A stretch of DNA of 58,270 nucleotides, filler included, from Catajapyx aquilonaris (lineage: Eukaryota): NCBI GenBank assembly GCA_000934665.2. It is 4 parts of 4 records of this genome, joined end to end, with 100 filler letters (N's around TTAATTAATTAA, not from the genome) between each part and the next. Parts side by side here need not be neighbours in the genome. Positions count along the whole stretch, not along the records: positions 1 to 14,482 come from JYFJ02007772.1; 3 more parts are not named here. One strand, 5' to 3'. Made by a program: the position numbers and the translations under genes. Below the pieces are notes generated by a model. That model was not told where the DNA came from, did not search any database, and worked only from the letters and a program-made list of their open reading frames with translations. Positions 1 through 12,940 of the stretch are shown here, in pieces (the stretch's first letter is position 1; every line of letters starts with the position of its first letter).

Positions 1-239
1 GGGCGAAAATGTGCTATTCGGGACATTTGACGTAGTCTTGGATGTCTGGGTTACAGGTCTGCCAATTCTCAAATTTTTAGCTCACTTAGAAGTGTGTGAA
101 AATAATTATGTAAAGTGCAGGACACTGCATGGAAAGCCCTATCCCAGTTTGAATTTATCCTTCCCGTGACGTCACGCCAAAAGCAAAGCTGTCGGGACGG
201 CTCCCCCCTTCGGCTCCAGGAGGATTCTATCTACTTGTC

Positions 240-378
240 TTATACATATAATATTATATATAATAATAATATAATAATATAATAATAAAATATATATATA
301 AAAATATATAATAATAATATAATAATAATATATATATAAATATATAATAATAATATAATAATAATAATAATATATAAT
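240..378. repeat. AT-rich low-complexity (TA/TAA) microsatellite
   Basis: Almost pure T/A run of TAA and TA units; explains the spurious poly-Ile/Tyr ORF 240..503. Confidence 0.9.
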
Positions 379-774
379 GTGTGCCTCTTTTCCGACCTAC
401 ATGGGCGCTGTGTCTGTGGAAAAAAAGAATAATTGTAAATCACTTTGGTACAGCCGTCGTACTTCGCAGTTGAAGGTATTAGTAGTCCAAAATAAGGTAG
501 CACATGGCATTTCCCGATCGGTTGTGTCGTATAATCCGAGCCCTGTTGGCAGGTAGAAGAAGACGCATTTCTGTTTGCACCGGTCAGGTATATGCTGGCA
601 GCCCAGGGGCAAGCGTGATTATATTTTCAGCACCCGAATATATATTTGCAGAGCTCAAAATTAATGTATACAGTATTTTCAGTGATTGAATATTATATTT
701 GAGAAGCTTGAATTGGCGAAGTGCTTCTAATTTAATTCGAGGCAAAGTGATTTTTTTAACGGCTCGCTTTTATA

Positions 775-1198
775 CAGGGTGTATCTGAACTCAGTGCCCC
801 GACGTATATGACTGCCTTCCTAGCCACCAGAGGATCGATTTAAGTATAGGAGTCATATGTCTGGGCAGCCTCATTACTGAGATACACTCTTTAGCGATTT
901 TTGCCTAATCGCTCCTTCTGACTTTTAAATAGAATTTTCTGGTGTAACTAGCCAAAGAGGCCTTACCACATGTGGGCAACAAACCAACAAAGTCCCGCCC
1001 CCAGACCTTCCAGAGCCTTCTGACTGGGGGAGGGTTCGATGGGTGGCCTAACCGACAGGATATTTTGTACTACATGTTTGCGGCCAATTATCTCCGTAAT
1101 GAGGCTGCCCAGACATATGACTCCTATACTTAAATCGATCCTCTGGTGGCTAGGAAGGCAGCCATATACGTTGGGGCACTGAGTTCAGATACACCCTG
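775..1198. mobile_element. Tc1/mariner-type MITE
   Basis: TIRs CAGGGTGTATCTGAACTCAGTGCCCC...GGGGCACTGAGTTCAGATACACCCTG, about 110-bp inverted arms, TA on both sides. Confidence 0.85.
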
Positions 1199-3238
1199 TA
1201 TTTCTTCGTGGCTCGCTTTTATTTGTGAGGGCTAAGCGATGGCAATGGTTCTTCTCGGGGCGATACCAACACTGGGCTCCATCGCAATCCACTATCCCCC
1301 TATCATCCCGGAACCCGGATCCGGTCCCCTCATCGGGCCAGTGGCAATAACAGCTACTCTGCAATAGCTGCTTCTCAGCAGCAGCTAATGCTATTTTGCT
1401 ATTCCGCGATCATGCTATTAGTGTTGGTCATAAATGACATAATTATGTAATTTTTGGCTACTATACGCATTCGTAACGAGAAAACCCGTACCTTTACCTA
1501 CTCTCCTAGGCGTCTATCCGCTGAAGGGCAGGCGTGTATCCGCAAGGAAGGAAGGTTAGGTCATGGGTTATGTTGGCACAGCGTACCCCTACCCCTGCCA
1601 CATGAAGCAGAGAAAATAAATATTCGAGCATTGAAAATATAAACAAGCGTCCCCCAAAAAGGGCCCTGCCCTCGCAAGGGGTAACGTAAATAAAATAAAA
1701 ATAATATAAACAAACTTGCTCTTCCTCTGCGGGCTTCCGTACACTAAGCATCATCGACAAGGAGGGGGAATGGGGATTGAAAATAGTGAAAAAGTGGGAA
1801 GGACTTTCGTCATGAGAGACCGAATGTAGCAGTGGAAGGGGCACGCTGCACCAATCTTCGACCATATAATATAGCCTACTAGGTAGACGCTATCCTCCCG
1901 TTTACAACCAGCCGCGAGAGTGGTCCAACATTGAGAAGGGAGGATCATTACAAGGGAGGCGGCAATACGAATTCGCATGGCGCCTTATGGCAATAATTCT
2001 GTCTCGCTTTGCGTCAAGTATAAGAGCTAGAAATATTCAATGCATACCAAATGAAAGCTCCATTAAATCTCTGACTAATACTGTACATGTCCATCGGAGA
2101 GATTGACCGGGGAATCTGTTACGCGAGGACGTACAAAACCCGGGACTACCTGTGCATATTCAATCACTCATTTTCAGCGTGTCTCTGGTGTGCATTTGAA
2201 CGGAGAGTTGCACCGAGGGCTGGGTGCTGTACGTACGTACACGGGCAAGTGTCATTAATGTAATGAGGACAATGCAAAGAAGATCTGCATGGATGTGAAA
2301 TGGGAGTTGGAAAGCAGGGATATGACGACATGACTGTTGCATTACAGTGAAGCGGCATGGGCTGGCTGGAGCAGGCCAGGGTTGGATGATGAATCCTCCT
2401 AACTTGTCGTGAATAAGTCATGTTCCTAATTGAAGGGACAGGTGTCCAGGGATCATTTGGCTCATCATTTGCTTTGCACGCACTTTGCGCAGCTCCGAAA
2501 TGCCTTCCTCCTTTCAGTTGGACGCACGCATTTCTGATTGGCTGCTGCCTCCCTCCCTCCCTCCATCTCTGCCTACCTTCCACCACCAGCACAGGCCTGC
2601 TTGCCCTCCCTCCCCCCTCCCCCCCTCCCTCCTACCAACTTGTTCTTGCGCCGCCTCCACCACGCGCTTGGATCATCATCGGACCAGAGGGCACATCGTT
2701 TCATCCTCAACTCAGTTGCAATCATTCGTCCATCTGGGGTCATCATGAGTGGGGTGTCCATGCCCTTCGACCTACTCCTACATGAGGAAGATACAACGCA
2801 CGCTGTCCACATACCGGTAATTGTCTCTCNCCCCTCTCCCCCGTCCCTCCCCCCTATTTCGACTGTATGCTCTGATCCTGCACACCTGTTGAAAACCAAA
2901 CTCCAGCATGTGTACTCCCGCTAGTTCTACTCGACCGTCGATGATTGTGGTCCACCACCCATTTCCTCCTTCCTGGGCTTGCGACTCTTCTGTGCTACAT
3001 TGTCAGTGCTACAGTTATTGTTTCAATGGTGACATTCTTGCACTGAGGACTGAGGAGTTAGGGGTCTCGATTCTTGAGTCGCGTTAGGAACTATTTCTCG
3101 ACACTGAAAATGCCGTGCATTGTCCACTACTCGAATTAAGGAGGGATGCCTGAAAAAAAAAAAAATTACTATTGTTTACACCTACACCCTCAGCGACCTG
3201 TTCATAGAGAAGAACCAATCGGGACACGTGACTGACTG

Positions 3239-4222
3239 ACAACCAAACTACCGCAATTTACACCCCTGAATGTTGAAATTTTTTGACATTTCTAATTCTG
3301 CTTGGCCTATAGTGTTGTGCAAACATCACCTCCGCGGCTAATTTTGACGTTAGCAGGGTCAAAATAGGCAATATTCCGAAGCAACAACATCCGCATTCAC
3401 TATGAATTTTCAGCACCCAGATTCGAGGAATTCAGAAAATATGCATGGTACAAAGCAGGTTACCTGGATGCTTCTTGCCCCAACACCCGTTAACTACTGT
3501 TTCGAAACCGATTTTGAGACATGTACGGAGAACAAAATAATGTGGCGAGTTTGTTGTGCGCCTGGTGTGAGCAGAATCTGTGTTTTTTCATTCTTGTGTG
3601 CAACTGCATAATTATGTGTAATAAATTATAAATGATTGATTAGACTTGTTTCGTATTTTGCTACATAAAGTTGATCATTGCCTAGCCTTTCCTTTCTTCT
3701 AGTGACAATAAACACTGAATTTTCTCATTCTCTCAACATAGCCGATAGTATTTGAGTCGAAACTTTTCGTTAGCTCCTTTATCCTGCTGTGCCATCATAA
3801 TAATTGTCTTTGGGCTGGGTGTTGCTGTGCCTGGTGTGTTCGTTAAGATGGGAAGCTTATAAATACGGTATGTTTTGTGACAGAGTGGGCAAACAACCCG
3901 GTTGTCTGGAAAATGAGTGACGAATGAGTGCTGATAATAATCAACCAGGTTCACGTAAATCACCACACCTATTCCATCACCTTGGTCAGAGTCCAGACTC
4001 TGCATTATGCCCCTTCTCCACCATGAGAGACGCGACGAAAGGCGTCAGACGGGACCCGCGACCGGATGCGGGTGTTGTGGCTTCGGAATATTGCCTATTT
4101 TGACCCTGCTAACGTGAAAATTAGCAGCAGAGGCACTGATGTTTACACAACACTAAAGGCCAAGCAGAATTAGAAAAGTCAAAAATTGTCAAAATTCATC
4201 AGGGGTGTGGTAGTTTGGTTGT
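3239..4222. mobile_element. Long-TIR non-autonomous DNA transposon (Mutator/foldback-like)
   Basis: About 155-bp imperfect inverted arms (3239-3398 vs 4065-4222), e.g. GCAGGGTCAAAATAGGCAATATTCCGAAGC and its reverse complement; TSD degraded. Confidence 0.7.
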
Positions 4223-4465
4223 GAGGCACTGGTTGTTGAAAAAAACCACATAGTTTAAATTAGTTGCTGGGGTGAACAACCCGTAGCTTCATCCCTTATC
4301 CTCCACTTGAACTAGAAAATTATTAGGCAATTCAGCACCCTATGCAGCAAATATGTGGCATTTGTTATGTATTACTCTATATGTGGCCAATAACTGATCG
4401 TGTTCCTCCAAAAATTAATGGGCCAGCTGCTAACAGGTAAAGCTGCGGTAGTAAAAGCATTTAAA

Positions 4466-4862
4466 AAAAAGATATACCCCGTGCTAGAGCCATAGGCTCT
4501 CTTAGGGGAGTGGATTACCACTATCGTGCAGGGACAGGGTAGGGATAGGAGGGGGGGACACTGGTGCATGTGCAATGTCATGAAGGTGGGGGTCGTGTGC
4601 AGTCCCTCAGGGGGCCTGTTCGCCAAGATTATCCCCTAGATGCGAGTCAGAAACTCCCCACTGACCCGCACCTCCTCCAGGGCAGGGAAAGGAAGGAAGC
4701 GGCTGTGGCCTATTTTACGGTACGATCCCGGAAATTATTCCTGGGGCGACCTTGGGAAACCACAGAAAACCAAGGTCAGGATCGCCTGCCTCCGGGATTC
4801 TAACCCAGGACCTCCCGATTAGCAGTCGGACACCATATCCACTCCACCACTACTGCTTCGGT
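4466..4862 (-). mobile_element. tRNA-derived SINE, full length
   Basis: A/B-box-like head, GGTTTTCTGTGGTTTCCC...GGCCACAGCCGCTTCC core, 3' end CACGGGGTA; 17-bp TSD TAGTAAAAGCATTTAAA at 4449-4465 and 4863-4879. Confidence 0.85.
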
Positions 4863-5094
4863 TAGTAAAAGCATTTAAATAGGGGCATTATTACAATATG
4901 ATAGCTTATCCTTATAACGTTATAATGTACCGGTATGCGAATCACAGGCATAATTATTCTCCAGTGATAGACTAGATATACCGGTAGGCCTACCTATATA
5001 CGTAGATATACCGAGCTCGGTGAAACCCGCCGGTTTCAATATTACTACAATATTACTATATTACAATAGTATCATTTTTGACAAACTTGGTTAA

Positions 5095-5245
5095 GGGCCG
5101 TTTTCTCGAATAGTGGTTCAAATGTAAACCCGGTTCAAATCCGGTTTAAACCCTTGACAACAGCCTAACAACAATCAAATCAGGGATTAAACTGGCTTTG
5201 AACCCGGTTTACATTTGAACCACTCACTGTTCGAGAAAACGGCCC
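5095..5245. mobile_element. PIF/Harbinger-type MITE
   Basis: TIR GGGCCGTTTTCTCGAA...TTCGAGAAAACGGCCC, TAA TSD on both sides. Confidence 0.8.
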
Positions 5246-5452
5246 TAAATTTACTAAAATTTTACTGTATCTGTTACCCACAATAAAGCAGCATTTTGGC
5301 CGTAAGCTGTATTCTGTCCTTATTGGGCATTGATATTCCAAATGAATTGACCCAGAAAACTCTAGTTTTTCCAATAATATAATCATAATTATCATACAGC
5401 CTACAGAATTCACAGTGCGTGACTAATCCCATACACAAGTTGACTCATCATT

Positions 5453-6900
5453 GGAGACCGGGTTTTTAGGTAAGTGCCTATTTAGTTCCTTAACATTTGG
5501 GATCGTTTTGTGAAGAGATCTATCCGTTTCATAAGTGCAGGATGTGGAAAATGTAGGTTTCGCAGTGCCTAATATGGCCTATTTCGTGCTTTTGGGAACT
5601 TTTTTTTGCCTATTCTGCCTTTTTGGGACTTTTCATGCCTATTTGGCCTTTTCTGGGATAGTTTTTGTACTTTATTCAGTAATTTCGGGACTTTTTGGGC
5701 CTGTTCCTTCAGAGGCATGCTTGGTTTGGTTGCGGAGTATTTCTTTGTGCTCCTGAAAGGACCGAAATCGTTCAGAAGTAATACGACTCATGTTTCTGTG
5801 ACACGTATGCCAAATATTTTTCTCGATTTTTCTCTGATTTGAAAAATATTTGGCAACACAATTTTATAGGCCTAAAGTAAAATTATTTCATTTTATTTAT
5901 TTTACCCCGTGATAGGCATACATATGCCCTGTTGGGATTTTCTCGTTTTCTATTTTTCTTTCCTCCGGTGCAAGGGGACAAGATAGGGATAATGAGGGGG
6001 GCGGGGACACTGGCAGGTGCAATGTCTCAAGTTGAGGGTCGTGTGCAGCCCCCCAGGGGGCCAAGCTGCAAGACACCCCCGTAAATGCGGGTCCGATATT
6101 CCCCACCGACACCGCACCTCCTCATGGACGGGACAAGGATAGGAAAGGAAGGAAGCGGCTGTAGCGTATTCATTACGGAAGCAACCCCGGAATTATCCTG
6201 GAATGACCGTGGGAACCCACAGAAAACCACGGTTAGGATTGCCGGCCCCGGGACTCGAACCCAGGACCTCCCGATTGGCAGTCGAACACCTTATCCACTC
6301 CACCACTACTGCTTCGGTGCCTAAAGTATAAATGTGAGGTCGCAAACCAGAGCAAAAATCGAATAACAACGATAAATTGACAGAAAATCACAAAACTTGG
6401 GCAAAAGACACAAGTATTACTTGCTCATAGGGGCATTACCGGAATCTACCGCTTATAGCCATTTGCACAATATGTTGCCAAATATTGTTCTAAATTTTCC
6501 TCTGTTTGGAAAAATCAGAGGAAAATCGAGAAAAATATTTGGCATACGTGTCACAGAAACATGAGTCGTAGTATTACTTCTGAACGATTTCGGTCCTTTC
6601 AGGAGCACAAAGAAATACTCATCAAAAAACCAAACATGCCTCTGAAGGAATAATCCCGGAATAGGCCTAAAAAGTCATGAAATTACTGCAAAAAGTTCAA
6701 AAACTATCCCAAAAAAGCCACGTAGGCATGAAAAGTCGCAAAAAGGCAGAATAGGCCCCCAAACCACGAAATAGGCCATTTGAGGCTCTATAAAACATAC
6801 ATTTTCCACATCCTGCACTTATGAAACGGATAGATCTCTTAACAGAACGATCCCAACTGTCAAGGAACTAAATAGGCATTAGCCTAAAAATCCGGACTCT
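5453..6900. mobile_element. Foldback DNA element with about 400-bp inverted arms
   Basis: 5453-5860 is the reverse complement of about 6470-6900 (e.g. AAGAGATCTATCCGTTTCATAAGTGCAGGATGTGGAAAATG); interrupted by a SINE. Confidence 0.8.
5880..6318 (-). mobile_element. tRNA-derived SINE nested in the foldback element
   Basis: Same head and core as 4466-4862, B box GGTTCGAGTCC, tail TCACGGGGTAAAATAAATAAA; 10-bp TSD GCCTAAAGTA at 5870-5879 and 6319-6328. Confidence 0.85.
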
Positions 6901-7301
6901 TATTTATTATCACAGGGGAGGTTTCATTATGTTATGTCTCCAGCTATTACAGTACTTTTCAAGTTACGTATGCATAGTCTTTTTTACACAACGCATTAAA
7001 AGTTGTGGAGATTTGTTGTAGTTCATGCATTCCCAGACATAGTATTATGGTATGCCTACCTCACATACCTGTAGTAATAATCTACGACCCACGAGCGCCG
7101 TGTAACATATGAAAGCGATAGGCCTATTATTTGAAAAGAGGTGAGCGTTAATGCAACTTCTTAATTTCGACATTTTTTCTCAGTTCGATGAAAAGCGGAG
7201 TAAAATTTTTGCAGCTAATAATAGGCATGTACAAAGTGTACCTACAATAAAATTTGTGTGGCATGATTCCACTTCAGGCCGATGCCCGCAGGGATGGTAA
7301 A

Positions 7302-8273
7302 GGGCTGTTTACATGAGGAGACTAACTTGTTAAAGGGACACTCCACTCAAAATGCAAGTTGGCCCCCAAAAATCGGGCAAAACAATACGATTCCAACCTG
7401 ATTCCAACAACACCAATAATGAATTTTTCCGATGAACGATGACCCCAGCGGAACCGGCTCATTACGCGTATTTTGGCGATACGGTTGCAACCGTATACTA
7501 CTGTTCACGACACCCTCGCCGCCTGTCGGCAGGAATGGGAAATGGAGCAGGGTCAGCTCTGCTCGCGAATTCAAACCTGAACGTATTCGAACCGTATGCA
7601 AACCGTATGCCTCCGAAACATCGGGTGCACTAACAGACCCGACCTCATAAGTGACCTTTCTGTGGTCCGCCATCCTTCACATCAGGTTCGGCTCGAAAGC
7701 GCTCGAAGCTGGCGCGCTAGTGTTGCCTAGCGCGCCTGGAGCGGCTGTTGTTTATTGACCGCGCTATACTTCTCCGGTTTGCCGCGGGATGGTGTTGAAT
7801 CGCCCTTCTTAGCAGACGACGTGTGTAGATATATGATTTTCCGTGTTACCGTTGGGCGTAGAAAAAAACCGATTGCACATTCGGAATCAGGATTTTTTGC
7901 CCGATTTTTGGGGGCCAACTTGTATTTTGAGTGGAGTGTCCCTTTAAGCCAACTAGTTTCCAAACTAGTCAGGTCCAACCTGAAAGTACATGGGAAAGAT
8001 AGGAAGGTGGGAACCAACCGGAAAACGCTCCAAACTGCCTTGGTGCCTAACTAACTTTTGGTTGGGGGTGGGGCTATAAGATGGGGGTGGAGCCATAAAG
8101 TTTTGCTCTGGGGAGCAAACTAGTTGACCAAACTGGGGAGGGGGAATAGGGAATCCATCTTGAAAGTTGAAGGTTGGGTTGGTGGGAGGGGCGAGAAGCT
8201 GGTCACGTGGGGGTTTGGACCCAACTAGTTTGGAAACTAGTTGGTCTGACAAGTTTCCTCGTGTAAACGGCCC
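7302..8273. mobile_element. Harbinger-like MITE hosting a nested element
   Basis: GGGCTGTTTACATGAGGA...TCCTCGTGTAAACGGCCC termini. Confidence 0.65.
7334..7943. mobile_element. TTAA-inserting (Kolobok-like) MITE, copy 1
   Basis: TTAA|AGGGACACTCCACTCAAAAT...ATTTTGAGTGGAGTGTCCCT|TTAA; a second copy with a near-identical right half lies at 50920-51331. Confidence 0.8.
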
Positions 8274-8275
8274 AA

Positions 8276-8799
8276 CCCTTCACTACGTAGGTGGCCGAAA
8301 CACCTTTAACTACGTAGGTGGAGCCTGAGCTGCTCCAACGGTATATTTAAATTTCTGCTTATCAGCTCAATTGTTATAATGGACTTTTCACATACAGAAA
8401 GTGCAGTTCAGATATTTAGGCTTCCGAAAACGTAAAAATCACATGCCGAGTCAGCATATTCCGACAGAAAAAAATTCGTAAAAGGAACAGGTCCCACTGG
8501 AGCAGCTCAGGCTCCACCTACGTAGTCAAGGGTGCTGTCGTTTTCCCTATCTCCGTGGAGAGCGTCTGAATAGGGAAAACGACAACACCTTTACTTCGTA
8601 GGTGGAGCCTGAGCGGCTCCAGGTGGGACCTGTTCCTCGTTACGATTTTTTTCGGCCAAAGAATGGCGACTAACATTTTTCTTCTTCTTTTCATGCTTAG
8701 GAAGGTTTTTGTGAAGGACAGGGGGAAAATTCAATTAAAAAGTTGCATGCGTTTAAAAAGTGGTTGGAGCCTCTCAGGGTCCACCTACGTAGTTAAGGG
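8276..8799. mobile_element. piggyBac-like MITE with internal copies of its subterminal repeat
   Basis: CCCTTCACTACGTAGGTGG...CCACCTACGTAGTTAAGGG|TTAA; motif CGTAGGTGGAGCCTGAGC recurs in both orientations. Confidence 0.65.
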
Positions 8800-8949
8800 T
8801 TAAGACATCTCTCTCCGTCAAATTAAATTATTATTACTCCTTCATTTTATTTTATTGCATTTTATTTAGGGAAGAACCTCAGCTTTCTTTACCTGTTACT
8901 GCAAACTTGAGCTGCAAAATCTGTGCAATGAAAAATGGGGATTAGCACC

Positions 8950-9677
8950 AGTAACCATTGCTCTACATGCTCATTAGTCGTTGGACTCTGAGCTACTTCT
9001 TCTCCTGGGGGGGCTGGTCCAGCATGTGCAGCACTTTCGTGATCGACTTCAGTTCGGCTAACCACCACTTTATAACTTGCATTTTTTCCTCTTTAGATGC
9101 CATGTGTGCATCTTCCTATACAGCATCCCCCACAGGAGCACCAAGCTGCATCATAGAGGCCGTTCCAAAAATTCAGGATGCAACTTGTTGAGTCCAGACC
9201 ATGGTCTTAGAATACTAAGGTCTGGACACTCCCACTTACCACCTGCCGGGGCGTTTTGCATGAGGTGCTCACCTGAGAGCGCCATGAGACCTTTCATGGA
9301 GCTATAAATTATGTGGCGACCCTACCGGACTACTCTGAACTTTATAGGTAGGCCTACAAAAGGGAAGCGCTACATTGGGGGACCCAACATGGTCGCCGGC
9401 GGCCATGTTGGGTCCCCCAATGTAGCGCTTCCCTTTTGTACCTATAAAGTTCAGAGTAGTCCAGTAGGGTCGCCACATAATAGCTTCGTGAAAGGTCTCA
9501 TGGCGCTCTCAGGTGAGCACCTCATGCAAAACGCCCCGGCAAGCGAGAAGATAAGATTGTAGGGGAAGTGTCCGGGGGCTGCTCCAGACCGTTTAAACAA
9601 CCAAAACCTTAAATATGTCTGCAATTCTATTTTTGACATCTCTTTGAAACAAAGTAGATTCATTATGGACACCCTGT
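8950..9677 (-). pseudogene. Decayed mariner/Tc1-superfamily transposase 5' end (DUF4817-type HTH) with one TIR
   Basis: Minus-strand peptides MASKEEKMQVIKWWLAELKSITKV and SPTTNEHVEQ resemble N-termini of insect mariner-like transposases; TIR end CACCCTG|TA at about 9670-9678. Confidence 0.5.
9244..9541. mobile_element. Near-perfect palindromic MITE (about 300 bp)
   Basis: TGCCGGGGCGTTTTGCATGAGGTGCTCACCTGAGAGCGCC... mirrored throughout, centre at about 9398. Confidence 0.85.
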
Positions 9678-10249
9678 ATATCTGTAACCTACATCATCTT
9701 CTAATAATTATGTATTGTGTAATTTATTGAAACTTATGAGTTACTGATGTGGTTCCCATAGGTAGGTTAAATATGAGTTTGTCTACCATACTGTACATCC
9801 AACTCGCTAGGCAAAAAGGTGTCTAAGAATCAGACCAGTGCTGGGGAATAAGTCCGACTTGGTTTTTTTAAAAATACAGTTGGACGCAAAGATTGTCGGC
9901 ATTCTTCAACATCTCATGCATAATCGACTTCAATTTTCTCCTCCTGTGTCAATCTATCTGGGAGCTCCCAGGGAAGAATTCGGGTCTCGTGGTGAGAATT
10001 CTAAACGATTCTTTTCCTCCCCAATATCAATACCCCAGCAAGAAGGGTGGAGGTCTGACAATGGCTGTGAGGTAGGTAGGCCGAGGATAGGGAGGGGTCC
10101 AAAAGGACTTACTTGCTTCCCTCCTCTGCTGGGTCAGACAACTCATTTCAAAAAGGACCCCCTGACACTGCTGTCCCTTTCAGGACATAAATGCTTGCAG
10201 TATGTAATACATTCATTCTCTGGTATTATCCAATTTGGAGTCAATAGAT

Positions 10250-10348
10250 TATCTCGAGTAATTTGTCTCCTGACCCAGCATCAATCCATTGCCTCAACAG
10301 TTGAGGCAATGGATTGATGCTGGGTCAGGAGACAAATTACTCGAGATA
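10250..10348. repeat. Perfect 49-bp inverted repeat with 1-nt loop
   Basis: 10250-10298 is the exact reverse complement of 10300-10348. Confidence 0.95.
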
Positions 10349-12203
10349 GTATATTTTTTCCCCTATGAAGCGAGCAGTTACTGCTCGCTTCAAAGGAAAA
10401 AAAAACATTCAGAGCATCAAAAATAAATAATTATGTTAGGTTATTTGTTGTTTCCCTTATGTAGCCTATAATACAGAGTGCTCCAGTAAAATGTCCGTTG
10501 TAGTGGGCGATTTTGAGCACTCAGTTGCTTATGTTAAGCAGTTACTTTTGCATAAGTTGGGTTTGTTTAGATCTCGCCATGTATAGATTGGAGTCATATT
10601 TGAGTATGATAGTCGAGGTATCCCATTAGGCAGAAACCGATATATAAAATCAGATCCTCTAGAGCTTTGTTCACTTTGTGATCTAAGGATGCCTGAAGAC
10701 TGGTATCGCGTAATACGAGTATATGAGTGCCCCATGTTTATAGGTGGTAGGAATTTGCACCTGGAAAACTTTCCTCAAATCCCCCGAAGTGATTTTGTAC
10801 TGTTGTTGATGGATGGACGCCCCCCCCCCCCCGAAGGAATTTGTCAAACGGTTATTTAATTTCTTATCATATGTGGCCAGATGGCACCTCAATCTGTAAA
10901 TTACAACTATGTTTTCCCATAACCCCTTTCATTCCCCAGAGATCCTAGGAACCAAATGTCCTTCAGAGATTGTGAACTTTGTACATGTGAGTGAAGTCCC
11001 CTCTGGTGTAGATACCTGAGGGTAATAAAGATTGAATTGAATTGAATTGAACTGATACTCGAGGTATGCAAGGGCAATTTTACAGTAGATTCGACCGATA
11101 ATAATTGTCTTGCCGTCATCTACTTCCGTACTTGCAATGTGCCAAGTACCTCATCGGTTGAAGTGCATTTATGTTGGATACAGTCATATTGAAGGCTACA
11201 CATTCTTGTTTGAAAATCTCTTGGAGGAGGAAAAAGTGAACAGCCAGATATTGATAGTCTGAGGCCATCCCTAACAGGATGAATCTTTTTTGCCGCCCTA
11301 GGCCACCATTCTACGTATTAGCCCCCCTCCATCGTGCCTATAGTGAAATGCGCATGAGTGAAAATCTAGCAGACGCTTCTTATTTGCACAAATTTCAAAT
11401 TAGTCGTTCACATTTTGACAGGAAAGTAAAGGGGACGAACTTAGGCAACCTTGCGACATTGACGTCTGGTTATTGAAAATTATATGCGAGCGAAGTGAGC
11501 CCAAAACAGTATTTTTTGTGCTCCTGAGGGCTAGGATGGAGACGACAAAATGCTATGCATTTTCGATAAAAGTGGATTGTTGGCAAACGCGGCCAGCTAT
11601 ACGGTACATTTCGTCGCCTGAGTATTATTTTGTCGTATCTGACTTTTTTTTGGCCAAAATGAGTTAAGTGCATCATCATATCAGGCAGGAGATTATGTAC
11701 CTCGCCGTATATTCAAATTTAACAATTTCGAGTTGGAACCATTTTTATACTGTAAGAGATAAGAGATGAGGGAGACTAGTCATGAACTAACAAGTTGATG
11801 TTACAAAATTCAGCTGATTACAAGCAGCACGCAAGAACATACCGGTACTTAAACAATAGGAATAAACAGAATTCAGGAATACTGACAAACAAAATTGTGG
11901 ATCTCAGCTGGAGGTAGGCCTACTGGAGATGGCGGTCTTGGGGATCCTGTCAGTATACTGTATATAATTATGATAACAGAGTAAGTATAATGACAAAAAC
12001 GTAAACATGAAGCTATTAAGAATTATTCTCATGCACACTGCCCAGCAGGGTACAGTAGTGTATACATAAAACATCTGCGGTGGATATAAAATTGTCATAA
12101 GTTTATAAAGAGTTATTTAACTGTTGTTTGGGCATTCCATGCCCAAAATAGATATCTCTGCCGGAATTAACTTTCCTCTCATATTTACGGTTGCTGAGGT
12201 TCT

Positions 12204-12389
12204 GGGCCCGTATACTGGCCGAGGCTGTCTCGAGTTGGACTCGAGGATGCGACTCTTCCTGACGTCAAAATGACGTATGCTGTATGCAGACCAATCCGGG
12301 GCAAGGGAGACACACAGCCTACGTCATTTTGACATCACGCAGAGTCGCATCCTCTCAACTCGAGACGTCGGGGTCCAGTATACAGGTCC
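12204..12389. mobile_element. Small Harbinger-like MITE
   Basis: GGGCCCGTATACTGG...CCAGTATACAGGTCC termini with internal inverted blocks (GTCTCGAGTTG/CAACTCGAGAC). Confidence 0.65.
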
Positions 12390-12692
12390 TGGGCTATTAA
12401 TTAATAGTCTACAGGTGCAGTACTATACCTTAGCACATGCACCATGATTGGACTTCCGAATAGCATCATAGGCCCATCTCTATTTGGCCTGATTTATGTC
12501 AAAAGTGCGGCATATTATGCGTCTCATACTCTCATTATTTCTGACCCGAGAAACTTATTCACTCATAAAAATGCCATAGCTGTGCTCAGAAGCTAATTAG
12601 CATTTCCCTTACAGTGCCTGGGACGGACTCATCACGATGATGAGAAGACTTGCCACATACAGTTGTCAGCGGAAGGTAAATCCTCACCAATA

Positions 12693-12761
<69 letters not shown>
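12693..12761 (+). repeat. (ATG)23 microsatellite, possibly a retroelement tail
   Basis: Perfect trinucleotide run. Confidence 0.9.
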
Positions 12762-12940
12762 TAACATAGCTATGATTGCAATGCGACCTTTAGAAGGCAT
12801 ACAGACGGCCTAGGGCCGTAGGCATTTGATTTTCTTCATTAAGCCGGACGGATATAGGCCTATCTCATCGTGACTGCCAGTGACAGGAGGCCTAATAATT
12901 CCCAAAATTGGTTTACGAGCAGACAATTACAATTAGGTGG

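Noticed and set aside
240..503. Hydrophobic 87-aa ORF
   Set aside because: Translation of an AT microsatellite.
2160..2924. Cluster of overlapping Pro/Gly-rich ORFs
   Set aside because: Driven by CCCT low-complexity tracts; no recognisable domain or splice-consistent gene.
8276..8799. CRISPR-like repeated motif
   Set aside because: Repeats occur in both orientations with irregular spacing inside a MITE; eukaryotic context, no cas genes.
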